A DNA stretch of 64,000 bases from Squalus acanthias (Eukaryota), in assembly GCA_030390025.1 (NCBI GenBank), contig CM059432.1, forward strand, positions 39,434,001-39,498,000. The letters run 5' to 3'. Of this stretch, positions 12,680-23,589 are shown one piece after another. The translations under genes were made by a program, and so were the position numbers. Each line of letters begins with the position of its first letter. Position 1 is the stretch's first letter. A model generated the notes under the pieces. It was not told the DNA's origin, made no database searches, and saw only the letters and a list, made by a program, of their open reading frames with translations.

Positions 12680-12903
12680 GTCAGCCTGAATCAATGGTAG
12701 CAAATTTGACTCAGAGTGCAAAGGTTGTGGGCTCAAGCTCAAGACCCACTCCAGGATCCGAGCACATAATCCAGGCTGATACTTCGGTACAGTCCTGGGG
12801 CAGTGTTGCATACCAAGAGGACATTAACCAAAGGCCCGTTTGCCTAATAAGCCAGATGTAAAAGATCTCATGGCACTATGCAAACAAGAGCAGGAAATGT
12901 TCC
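12680..12903 (+). mobile_element. SacSINE1-like DeuSINE 5' half, cut by a CR1
   Basis: Similar to the 5' half of 31392-31820. Confidence 0.7.
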
Positions 12904-13522
12904 TAGAATCATAGAATGATACAGCACAGAAGGAGGCCATTCGGCCCATCATGCCTGTGCCGGTTCTTTGAAAGAGCTATCCAATTAGTCCCACTCCCCT
13001 GCTCTTTCCCCACAGCCTTGCAAATTTTTCCCCTTCAAGTATTTACCGAATTCCCTTTTGGAAGTTATTATTGAATCTGCTTCCGCTACTCTTGCAGGCA
13101 GTGCATTCCAGATCATAACAACTTGATGCATCATTTTTTTTCCCTCATGTCGCCTATGGTTCTTTTGCCAATTACCTTACATCTTTGTCCTCTGGTTACC
13201 AAACCTTCTGCCATTGGAAACAGTTTCTCCTTATTTACTCTATCAAAACCCTTCATAATTTTAAACACCTCTAACAAATCTCTCCTTAACCTTCTCTTCC
13301 TTTAAAGAGAAACCCCAGTTTAGCCCCTCCACGTAACTGAAGTCCCTCATCCCTGATAGCATTCTAGTAAATCTCCTCTGTTCCCTACTCCAAGGCCTTG
13401 ACAACCTTCCTAAAGTCTGGTGCCCAGAATTGGCCACAATACTCCAGCTGGGGGTTAACTAGTGTTTTATAAATGTTTAGCATAAGCTCCTTGCTTTTTT
13501 ACTCTATGCCCCTATTTATAAA

Positions 13523-14923
13523 GTGGAGATGCCGGCGTTGGACTGGGGTGGACAAAAATGAGAAGTCGCACAACACCAGGTTATAGTCCAACAGATTTAT
13601 TTAATTTTACAAGCTTTCGAAGCAGTTTGCTCCTTCGTCAGGTAAGTTAGCAATGAGATAATCTCCCAGAATTCACAATTTAAACCCAGACAAAATCTAT
13701 TCACATTATTCCCTACAACAAAGAGCACAGCCAAGACAATGAGATGTGTCCCAGGGGGTCCAACGTGTCAAACCACCTGCTGGCTGCATATCCTGTCAAT
13801 TTGTGTTCTTGTGTTAAGTCTTTTTAAAAAAAACAAAACCCCTGGGAAGACCGGCCATGATGTCAAGTCACGTTCTGTATCGTGACATGAACCCGATATC
13901 GCGATTGAGGCCATCCTCATGAGTGCGGAACTTGGCTATCAGTTTCTGCTCTATGATTTTGCGCTGTCGTGTATCTCGAAGGCCGCCTTGGAGAACGCTT
14001 ACCCGCAGATCCGAGGCTGAATGCCCCTGGCTGCTGAAGTGTTCCCCGACTGGGAGGCAACCCTCCTGCCTGGCGATTGTTGCGCGGTGTCCGTTCATAC
14101 ATTGTCTCAGTGTCTGCATGGTCTCGCCGATGTACCATGCTCTGGAGCATCCTTTACTGCAACGTATCAGGTAGACAACGTTGGCCGAGTCACATGAGTA
14201 TGTACCGTGTACCTGGTGGGTAGTGTCCTCACGTGTAATGTTGGTATCTGTGTCCATGATTTGGCATGTCTTGCAGAGGTTGCCGTGGCAGGGTTGTGTG
14301 GTGTCTTGGTTGCTGTTCTCCTGAAAGATGGGTAATCTGCTGCGAACGATGGTACTTTTGAGGTTAGGCGGCTGCTTGAAGGCGAGTAGTGGAGGCGTGG
14401 GGATGGCCTTAGCAAGGTGTTCGTCGTCATCGATGACATGTTGAAGGCTGCGAAGAACATGGCGTAGTTTTTCCGCTCCGGGGAAGTACTGGACGACGTA
14501 GGGTACTCTGTTGGTTGTGTCCCGTGTTCGTCTTCTGAGGAGGTCTATGCGGTTTTTCGCTGTGGCCCGTCGGAACTGTCGATCGACGAGTCGAGCGTCA
14601 TATCCCGTTCTTACGAGGGCGTCTTTCAGTGTCCGTAGGTGTCCATCGCGTTCCTCCTCGTCTGAGCAGATCCTGTGTATTCGCAGGGCTTGTCCATAGG
14701 GGATGGCTTCTTTAACGTGGTTAGGGTGGAAGCTGGAGAAGTGGAGCATCGTGAGGTTGTCCGTGGGCTTGCGGTAGAGTGAAGTGCTGAGGCGTCCGTC
14801 TTTGATGGAGATTCGTGTGTCCAAGAATGAAACCGATTCTGAGGAGTAGTCCATGGTGAGTTTGATGGTGGGATGGCACCTGTTGATGCTATCGTGTATC
14901 CACCCTAACCACGTTAAAGAAGC
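13523..14923 (-). mobile_element. Penelope-like element, 5'-truncated: RT thumb + Cys/His linker + GIY-YIG endonuclease + 3' pLTR
   Basis: Open frame 13868-~14898: SFLD, LYRKPTD, HP, IPYGQALR, GY, CxxxxCKTC, VVYLIRC...WYIGET...HF; 3' UTR with a hammerhead. Confidence 0.95.
13607..13645 (-). ncRNA. Minimal hammerhead ribozyme (Penelope type)
   Basis: The minus strand reads TTAC-CTGACGA-A-GGAGCA-AAC-TGCTTC-GAAA-GC-TT-GTAA: intact core, 6-bp helix II, palindromic AAGCTT helix III and 4-bp helix I. Confidence 0.8.
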
Positions 14924-16044
14924 AATTTGCCACTGTTCTGCCCAACTGACCAATTTATTGATATCTTCCTGCAGTCTACAGCTTCCTTCTTCAGTATCAA
15001 CCACACAGCCGATTTTAGTATCATCTGCAAACTTCTTAATCATACCCCCTATATTCAAGTCTAGATCATTGATATATACCACAAAAAGCAAGGAACCCAG
15101 TACCGAGCCCTGCGGAACCCCACTGGAAACCGCCTTCCAGTCACAAACACCCATCAACCATTACCCTCTGCTTCCTGTCTCCGAGCCAGTTTTGAATCCA
15201 ACTTGACACTTTGCCCTGGATCCCATGGGCTTTTAACTTTGTGAACAGTCTACCAGGTGGAACCTTATCAAAAGCCTTGCTAAAGTCCATATACACTACA
15301 TCAAACGCACTACCCTCATCTACCCTCCTTGTTACCGCCTCAAAAAATTCAATCAAGTTTGTCAGACACGACCTTCCCTTAACAAATCTGTGCTAACTAT
15401 CCTTGATTAATCCGTGTCTTTCTGAATGAAGATTTATCCTGTCCTTCAGACTCTTTCCAATAATTTTCCCACCACTGAGGTTAGGCTGACTGGCCTGTAA
15501 TTACTCTTCACTTCCATTAAATGCACTGAAAGCAATACCATAGTTTGTAATTAAATGCCAGCAAAAAAAAAAATGAACATTGCATTGCCAGCAGGTAAGA
15601 AAATTAGCCTGATGCATGAAATGGGTGGGGACCTGGCAATTTCTCAAGCTTCTGACTTTCCACTACCTGCTAGTACAATCCTGTCAATACATCTTGATTT
15701 GGCACAAATGTATAAAAATGCATGTAATGATAATGGTGTATGTGAATGGATAAATGTGTTTATATAGTGCACCATTTGCTATCTTTACAGATCAAAGAGA
15801 ACCCAGTCAACCATCAACTGCACCTCAAAGAGCAGCATACAGCTGAACTGTAGCCTCCCTCTGCTTGATGCAGCTACTGTAGCAGATGTTGATATTGTTG
15901 AAGGTGAGGAAGTAGAGTGAGGCAGGAGTGAAGAAGAGATAGTAGGGTTGATTTTGGGTCTGTGTGTAGGCCAGGCAGGAGCCCAGTAGGAAGAGGGCTG
16001 ATTTTTATGTTGCTTTCATAACTCAGCGTGGTATAAACACTGCA

Positions 16045-16443
16045 TAGAAAGAACTTGCATTTATATAGCACCTTTCACGACGTCAAGATATCCCAAAAGG
16101 CTTTTTTCTTAATAAATGCAGTCACTGTTGTAATTTAGGGAAACATGGCTGCCAATTTTCACACAGCAAGGTCCCACAAAGAGTAATGAGATAAATGACC
16201 AGATAAACTGTTTTTAGTGAAGTTGGCTGAGGAATAGATGCCAGGCAGGACACCAGGAGAATTCCCCAGCTTTTGTTCAAATAGTGCCATGGGAACTTTT
16301 GTGTCCACCTGAGAACAAGCAGACAAGGCCTCAGTGCTGCGTGGCAGTATCGGCCTCGAATGGCTGGGTTCAAGGTCTCTGAGGTGGGGCTTGAACCCAC
16401 AATCCTCTGAGTTGGAGGTGAGAGTGCTATCACCGAACCAAGA
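16045..16443 (-). mobile_element. SacSINE1-like DeuSINE
   Basis: tRNA-like head (B box ggttcaagcc), Deu-like core and L2-type tail (gctatataaatgcaag) on the minus strand. Confidence 0.8.
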
Positions 16444-16574
16444 CATAGTCAGCTAGCAAGCCATTGGATAAATACTTTATTGATAATGTTATAAACAGCT
16501 GTGAAGTAATTTCTGAATTTGAATTTGGGAATAAAAGGTGGCTTTTTATTTGGAAACTGCTCCACTCAGACTTT

Positions 16575-16720
16575 GGGCGCCACCTCTGGCCTTGCATGGT
16601 AAGTGCAGCCACAGGTGTTGCTGCAGATAAGAGCTGAAATCCCAATCCAAAGTTCAGGTCGGGAATTCCCTGATTTATTCAGTAAGAATAACTTCCTGAT
16701 ACTGTAACCACTTCCTGGTA
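16575..16720. promoter_or_regulatory. Candidate enhancer (E-box/GATA, NF-kB, 2x ETS)
   Basis: CAGGTG 16612-16617, AGATAA 16625-16630, GGGAATTCCC 16661-16670, ACTTCCTG at 16691-16698 and 16710-16717. Motif evidence only. Confidence 0.35.
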
Positions 16721-16876
16721 ACATCATAAAAAAAGTCAAAATTCACTTAGTGCATGTTCCCATTTATATTGTCATTAAAAGTGGTACAGTACAATGCTTT
16801 TGCATGCGCACTATTTAAGCCCATTTATAATGCAGTTCATCAAGTCAATAAATTACCTACATAAATAAAACTCATT

Positions 16877-17613
16877 GGAGGAGAAATTGGGTTGCTTTGT
16901 GCCTCTCGTTAGCGCCCCCGGGGGCACAAATCCCCTAGTGCCCAGGTGCGGCACCACTAACGCCTCCCACGAAAGTCAGCGGGAGGTTAGTGGCAGCGGT
17001 AGCCGGTAGTGCCCCGCTCCGCTGCGCCAGCGATGATAATGTTATCGCCGTGTGCAGCGCCCCATTTGCGCCCCGGCCGCAAACTTCCCTTGCGCCCCCT
17101 GACCTATCACTGGCCGATATGTCCGACAGGATCGGGGGGCGCTTTTGCAGCGGCGGCGGCGCAATTTAAAGGGCAGGTGTCGGGCGGCCATTTTTATTTT
17201 GGCCCACTGCCAGCACCTGCCCCCTTTTCACCTTTGTATGCGGGGTGCCAGCCGCGATCGCTCAGCCCAGCACTCCTCTTGAGTGCCGGGCTGTTTTCAC
17301 GGCACCCTGCTCCCTGCTGGTCCGGGAAGGCCCCGGTGCGCACAGCGCTAGGCCCCTCCCCTTTAACCAGGGGAGAAGGCCTGCAATGATGCGGTGCTAC
17401 ATGGCGCCGCGCATGGCGCAGCAGCACATAACGGCGCGACATTGAGTAGTAGCACCCCAAGAAGGAGGTGGAGCGCTTCCAGTAGTGCTCCACCTCCTTC
17501 TTGGGGCGCTACTACTGAATTTACGGGGAAGGGGCGCTAACTTTTTCGGGGCGCTAAAATTAACACCCCAGCAACGTTAATGCGCCAAAATGGGCACCAC
17601 CCAATTTTTCCCC
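16877..17613. mobile_element. GC-rich PIF/Harbinger-type MITE
   Basis: TIRs GGAGGAGAAATTGGGT and (rc) GGGGAAAAATTGGGT; ATT flanks both ends (register ambiguous by 1 bp). Confidence 0.7.
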
Positions 17614-17954
17614 ATTGTAAAAATTAACTTGATCTTGAATTTCAAGTTGGTACAACATTGAGATTTTTGGAAACTCACAGAATGTTTATTTATATCTTAC
17701 CTATGATTTTCCTTAGTCAATGTACTGAGCAAGTCGACTAGAGCTGCAAAATACACAGTATATATAAAGGTTTGGGGCTCTGTCCACATTATAAATTGAC
17801 AGCATTCTTTCGACCACAACATGGTTCTAGCTCAGTTTATGCTATTTGTTAGTCATTTGTATATGAACATGTTAGCTTGTGGTGTAAGCAGTGCCATATT
17901 TTGTCAGCTCTTAAGTAAAATCTCCCTTCATATCTTTCATTTTGTTATAAACAA

Positions 17955-18165
17955 CTTGCAATTATATAGCGTTCTTAACGTAGAAAAACATTCCGAGGCA
18001 TTGCAATGTAATATGACAAAAATCGTTGCCAAGACAAAGAAGGAGATATTAGGAGGGGTGGCTGAAAGCTACCCTAAAATGGTGCAGTGGAACAGAAAAA
18101 AATAGAAATGCTGGAAATACATAGCTGGTCCATCATTGAAAAGAGAAGAGACCTTTCATGAGCAA
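17955..18165 (-). mobile_element. L2 3' tail followed by a Penelope terminal fragment
   Basis: acaacttgcaattatatagcg... resembles 21055-21180; then gaaatgctggaaatac... resembles 4125-4170. Confidence 0.55.
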
Positions 18166-19599
18166 TAAAAATAGAAGCCATGTGAGGCCCATTGTCAGCC
18201 TGACCAAAACGGAAAGGAAGGAGAGAATAACAGGTTAAAGTCACAGATCAAATATGCTGAATACCAATAGAAAGAAGCAGTTAATGACTTTAATAGACTG
18301 TGAACAGACTTTTTTTAAAGTCTGGAAAGAGGTGAAAAAAGTTGCCTGATGTACAAAGTTCATTGCAGTCAGGCTGTGAAAATCTGCTCGAAAGAAATAT
18401 GCACCTGCTGTGATTTTGCCTCTGGGATGAATGCAATGCATGGAGGAATTTCCAATCAAATCTGAGCAAAACAGCTCCAAATGGGAAGAATAAGTATGTA
18501 AGCAGGGAGAACAGCTAAGGTCTGATGGTTATGAAAAGGCTGCTAGCATAAAACAAAAAGATAACTGGTGCTTCTCTTACATTTAAGCATTACACTGTGG
18601 ACTATTTACAAATTATGGGGGGTTAACCACTATTGGCTAAGAGTTAGTTGAAGTAAAATAAAAGGTACAATTAATTCATTAAAAAAACATTCAACACGTG
18701 AATAGTTATTGACAATTAGGGGATGGGGCTGAAAGGGATGGGAGGTTGGGACCTCAGTTGAAAGAGAACAACTAGTACAATAAGAATGAACATAAATCAC
18801 AGGAAATCAAATTCGTCCAATCAGAAAGCATAAGAGTAATGCGCTAGATATGTGGACATTGGATACCAGACATAAAAATTAATATGTGGATAGTACTGGT
18901 TTTGTCCCATCTTAGGAGTCCTATATCTTCTTATTTAGGTGGATGCCAGTGAGCTTAATTTTGAATACATTGAAATTGAAATGAGTGGAGAAAAGTCATT
19001 TGTATATCTGGAGCAAAATGAAAGGTCATTGGATTTAAAGTCACATGTAGACTAATAACCAACTAAGTAGATGAGAGAGACATTGACAGAACTGGCATAA
19101 CACAGGGGTGATTATCTTATTAGCTGAATAGTGAAAACTTATTCTTTGCTAGAAGAAAGGAAACTCTCCAGATATATCAGAAATGATTTCTGTGTGCAAC
19201 CAGTGGACTTAAACATTGTGTAACTGTGTCAAACTGTATTAGAGACCTGTTCTAAAATAGAGCTTGAACGGCTGTCATTGCACTGAGTAATTACACTGGT
19301 GGGAAAAGAGGCTAGAGGGAAGTAAATAAATAATAGTGTTGGTTATTGCTTTTTAATATCACTGAGGGGAAATGCTGTCATGTAAAAGTAAAAACAGGTT
19401 TAAGCATGTATAAAGGAGATGTCATAGAGAAGGAAAATGTCTTCAGAACCTGCTGCTGTCCCCATTCTAGTGGTGATTCCTACACAAAGATTTTGATGAA
19501 CCAGTTTACTCAGATTAATCAAAAATAATTAAAAGAGAGAATCCTTTTTTTAAAGAAAGCATTTCCAAATTAATCAACTTAAATATTCTTTAGTATTTC

Positions 19600-19780
19600 T
19601 GCGAGTTGTGTACTTGAACATAGTTGTTACGATGACATCATCGGCCCAACTGTTTGGGAGGAAATGCGGAGCCTGAGGCTTAGAAATTCAATGATGCTGT
19701 GGACAGTTCACAGGCGGAAAATGTGCGCAAAAACGTCCAATATGGTGTGCGGCGTACCGAGGCAGGGGCGGAGTCGGGCG
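19600..19780. promoter_or_regulatory. Candidate CpG-rich promoter
   Basis: TGACATCA 19633-19640, GGCGGAAA ~19712, CCAAT 19737-19741, GGGGCGGAGT 19765-19774; many CpGs. Confidence 0.3.
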
Positions 19781-20112
19781 ATGGAAGCAGGCGGTCTTGG
19801 TGGCGGAGCAGATGTGTGGTCGGAAGGTCATCTTGGGGTCAAAGAGGACACCAAGGATGCGAACGGTCTGCTTCAACCTCAGACAGTTGCCAGGGAGAGG
19901 GATGGAGTCGGCGGCTAGGGAGCGGAGTTTGTGGCGGGGACCGAAGACAATGGCTACGATCTTCCGAATATTTAGTTGGAGGAAATTTCTGCTCATCCTG
20001 TATTGGATGTCGGACAAGCAGTCTGACAAATCAGAGACAGTGGAGGGGTCGAGAGAGGTGAAGGTGAGCTGGAGCTGGGTGTCGTCAGTGTACGTGCGGA
20101 ACCTGACGTTGT

Positions 20113-20240
20113 AGAAACATAGACATAGAAACATAGAAACTAGGAGCAGGAGTAGGCCATTCGGCCCATCAAGCCTGCTCCGCCATTCAATACGATCATG
20201 GCTGATCATCCAAATCCAGTACCCTGTCCCTGCTTTCTCA
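20113..20240 (-). mobile_element. CR1 3' tail
   Basis: Near-identical to 32988-33117; (agaaacat)n terminal repeats. Confidence 0.88.
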
Positions 20241-20592
20241 CACAGAATCCCCACAGTACAGATAGAGGCCATCTCGGCCCATCGAGCCTGCACCGACACA
20301 TATCCCACCCTATCCCAGTAACCCCACATATTTAATTCCCCCTAACATATCCCATCCTATCCCCGTAACCCCACATATTTAATCCCCCCCTAACACTAAG
20401 GGTCAATTTATCATAGCCAAATCAACCTAACCCGCACATTTTTGGACTGTGGGAGGAAACCGGAGCACCCGGAGGAAACCCACGCAGACACGGGGAGAAT
20501 GTGCAAACTCCACACAGACAGTCACCCGAGGCCAGATTCGAACCCCGGTCCCTGGCGCTGTGAGGCACCAGTGCTAACCACTATGCCACCGT
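20241..20592 (-). mobile_element. HE1-like V-SINE
   Basis: tRNA head (A box TGGCATAGTGG, B box GGTTCGAATC), V-domain (ggaggaaacccacgcagacacggggagaatgtgcaaactccacacaga) and a CR1-type tail. It has an internal ~47-bp tandem duplication at ~20299-20393. Confidence 0.9.
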
Positions 20593-21054
20593 GTTGTGCT
20601 TTTGGATGATGTCGCTGAGGGGCAGCTCATAGCTGAGAAATAGGAGGGGACCAAGGATAAATCCAGCTCACTGGTCTGATGTAAATGAGGCCTAAGGCCA
20701 AATATCAGGCTGGCCTGGGGTCTACGCATTCCGGCGCAGGGATCGTTCTTTGTCTGAGTGTGAAATATATATGCAGTTAAAATAGTGAAACAACTAAATG
20801 GACATCAATGTTTACAATTATTTTTGTTAATTCAGGTCCCTCTCACCATCAAGCTCAATAACTCCTACTCAGTTCCACCGATTATGTTATTTCAACGAAA
20901 ACCCCGGGGAAATGGTGGAAACCGGAATTTCAGGTGATTAAATTTAGATGATATCAGTCTATTGAAACTCAAGTAAAGGAGGGAGATGCAGTAAATTTAT
21001 CTGTATTAATCTGTGTCTCTGTGATCCATTAGTTTTACCTAAAACAACACCATC

Positions 21055-21795
21055 AACAACTTGCATTTATATAGCGCCTTTAAGGTAGTAAAATGTCCCA
21101 AGGTGCTTTACAGGAGTGTTATTAAACACGATTTGACACCGATCTATTTGGACAGGTGTCCAAAACTTTGGTCAAAGAAGTAGGTTTTAAGAAGCACCTT
21201 AAAGAAGGAGAGAGAGGGAGCGAGACAGAGAGGTTTAGGGAGGAAATTTCAGAGCTTAGGGCCGAGGCAGCTGAAGGCAGGGCCATCAATCGTGGAGAAA
21301 TTAAAATCAGGGACGTGCAGCTAACCACTATGCCACCGTGTTGCATAGGGAGGGGCAAGGCCATGGAGGGATTTGAAAATAAGGAGGAGTATTTTGAAAT
21401 GGAGGCTTTGCTAGACCGGGAGCCAATGTAGATTAGCAAGCACAGGGTGATGGGTGAATGGGACTTGGTGTGAGTTAGGATACGGGCAGCAGAGTTTTCG
21501 ATGAGCTCAAGTTTACAGAGAGTGCAAGTGGGAGGCCAGCCAGGAGAGCATTGGAATAGTTGAGTCTAGAGATAACAAAGGCATGGATGAGGGTTTCAGC
21601 AGCAGATGAGCCTAAGGCAGGATTGGAGATGAATGATGTTACGGAGGTGGAAGTAGGCTGCCTTGGCGATGGAAAGGATGTGGGGGTTGGAAGCTCATCT
21701 CGGGGTCAAATAGGACGTCAAGGTTGCGAACAGTCTGGTTCAGCCTCAGACAGTGGCCAGGGAGAGGGATGGAGTCAGTGGTTAGGGAACAGATT
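21055..21795 (-). mobile_element. L2 3' fragment
   Basis: L2 tail (gcgctatataaatgcaagttg on minus); 21690-21790 is similar to 19820-19930. Confidence 0.8.
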
Positions 21796-22464
21796 TTGTT
21801 CTCTCTGTTGGGATGCCATGTACAATCAGTCTGTAGATCACTGAAAAGTGAAAACCTTACACTTGGAAAATACTGCGTAGTTGTCGCGGCCTGATATCAA
21901 TGAGTGCTAAGCTCGCTGATCTCCAATTCTGCCACTACAGGCCTCGGGCTGGAAAACGTTTCCTTCTGACATGTTTTGTTACATGAGGAGAGCCATGCAA
22001 ATGTCATTTGTTGCTGTCAGCATTGGTGTCAAACCCATCCGTTGTTGTTGCTGTGTTGGATATCTACAATTAAGAAAACAGAGCTGAAGAGTAGCAGCAG
22101 AAAATTCTGTTCAGATGTGAACTTTGTAGTGTGAACGATTATGTACTTAGGAACAGTATGTTACTAACAGAATTAAGAACTTTAGCTCAGCCTGCTGTGA
22201 GTTTGGCATGATTGAATTTGACTTTTCCAATAATACAGGTACTCAAATCGGGGACTTCAAAGGAAGCCTGAATACAGATGTATTTACAGGATGTGATGTT
22301 CTAAAAGAACTTTCTCTGACCAAGCACAAGTCTTGGCTACTAACGCTGCCGGCTTCATCATTTTCTCATTACAGTCGAAAATAGTAACAAATTTAGAAAT
22401 ATCATAACCATGTACTGAAGCTTATAAGACATCTCCAGTATGGCAGGCACTACTTGATTGATTT

Positions 22465-22650
22465 GGAAATAAATGCAAAAAATGTTACAAGTACACAGCC
22501 GATCCATCAACATTTGAAGAGGAAAGACTAGTTACTGTTTGGGTAGAGGCCCTTCATCATAATCAACAGAGTTGCCACCCAAAGTATTAACATATCTTTT
22601 CTCCTTTGTGTATTTCCAGCACTTTCTGCTTTTGTTTGAGACTTCTGATA
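22465..22650. mobile_element. Head-to-head pair of degenerate Penelope terminal repeats
   Basis: The left half resembles 4125-4200 and the right half resembles 3640-3730. Confidence 0.5.
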
Positions 22651-22799
22651 TTTTCACTTTTTTCTTTCTAAACATTGCATTAAATTTCCTGTGCATGATT
22701 GTGTAAAATATTTCACTCCTAACACAAACTTCTTGTTGACGTACTTTATATGATTTCATCCTCACAGTTTTAAAGACTTACTGACCTGTTCAAGGAGTC

Positions 22800-23487
22800 A
22801 GTGAATTAAGCCTGCCCATCTGGTGGAAACTGAGTAGGCAGGCAGGGAGTTAAAGTTGCCCGTGGGACTCAACCGCCAACTTCCTGCTCTCTTCCCACAG
22901 GCTGCAATTTTGACCTGCTCGTTTGAGCAGTCGAGAAGGACACCCGCCGGAAACTGGCAGATCAGGCTCTGATGATGTTTTCAGGGCTCCACTGCTATTT
23001 TAACCATGGGCCTGAGCAGGAAAGTGGTTGTAGATTTCCCACCAGGTCAACCTAGCGGGAAGAGGAACTGGGGGCCAGAAGAGGCCCATTGAGGTAGTTA
23101 TTTTTATTGATTTGTTTTTTTTTTACTTTCTTTGTGGTCGTGCTCCACAAGGAAACTTTAGTCCTCCCTGGCCCCGCATTCCCGTCCTTACCCCAGATTG
23201 TGAGGCCCTCCTGAAACCCGCCTCTGTGTGACTTACCTGAGTGCAGGGGAACGTTCCTTTAGTCCACCGGCAGTCTCTTGCTGCCCTACATTCTGCTTCC
23301 ATCTGTTGGCCAGTTGCCGCTTACCACCAGTTTGGGGGGGGGGGGGGCGGGATGTGACAAGGGAAACGCAAATGAGAGCCGGGAGTTAAAATCATCCCGG
23401 CGTCACGCTGCCGAGGTCAGGGAGATTTGTCTCTCGCCTCAGCTTACACTCGCCCAAACACCACCCACCCAAGTTAAAATCTGGGCT
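22800..23487. mobile_element. MITE-like GC-rich element
   Basis: Ends GTTAAAATCTGGGC; internal sequence resembles the other Harbinger-type MITEs; the left TIR is unclear. Confidence 0.4.
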
Positions 23488-23589
23488 TATGTGTTTTTTA
23501 ATTAGTGATAAATTGTATGAAAGGAACCACAGGGAGTATTCCCACAACTATTTATTTCAACACTGGATTCCATTTTTTAAAGAAAATAG

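Larger units (their letters stand above)
12904..15505 (-). mobile_element. CR1 LINE (5'-truncated) hosting a Penelope insertion
   Basis: CR1 RT motifs in ORF 15141..15356 and the first ~78 aa of ORF 13868..15157; CR1 3' part at 12904-13522. Confidence 0.92.
19781..20665 (-). mobile_element. L2 RT fragment interrupted by a SINE/CR1 composite
   Basis: ORF 19688..20329 contains YTDDTQL...CLSDI..MSRNFLQLN..K...VRILGVLFD (L2 RT); the L2 resumes at 20593. Confidence 0.85.

Noticed and set aside
10905..15903. Candidate host exons (10905-10937+, ~11370-11525-, 15791-15903+)
   Set aside because: Splice-like ends, but no recognisable protein or consistent phase chain.
17009..17493. GC-rich ORFs or CpG island
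   Set aside because: They lie inside the TIR-bounded MITE 16877-17613.
21318..21343. 24-bp match to 20573-20596 as a templated insertion
   Set aside because: It is the head of an abundant SINE, so local origin cannot be shown.
21861..22063. Minus-strand exon with good splice sites
   Set aside because: Stops in all three frames; a non-coding exon cannot be supported without RNA data.
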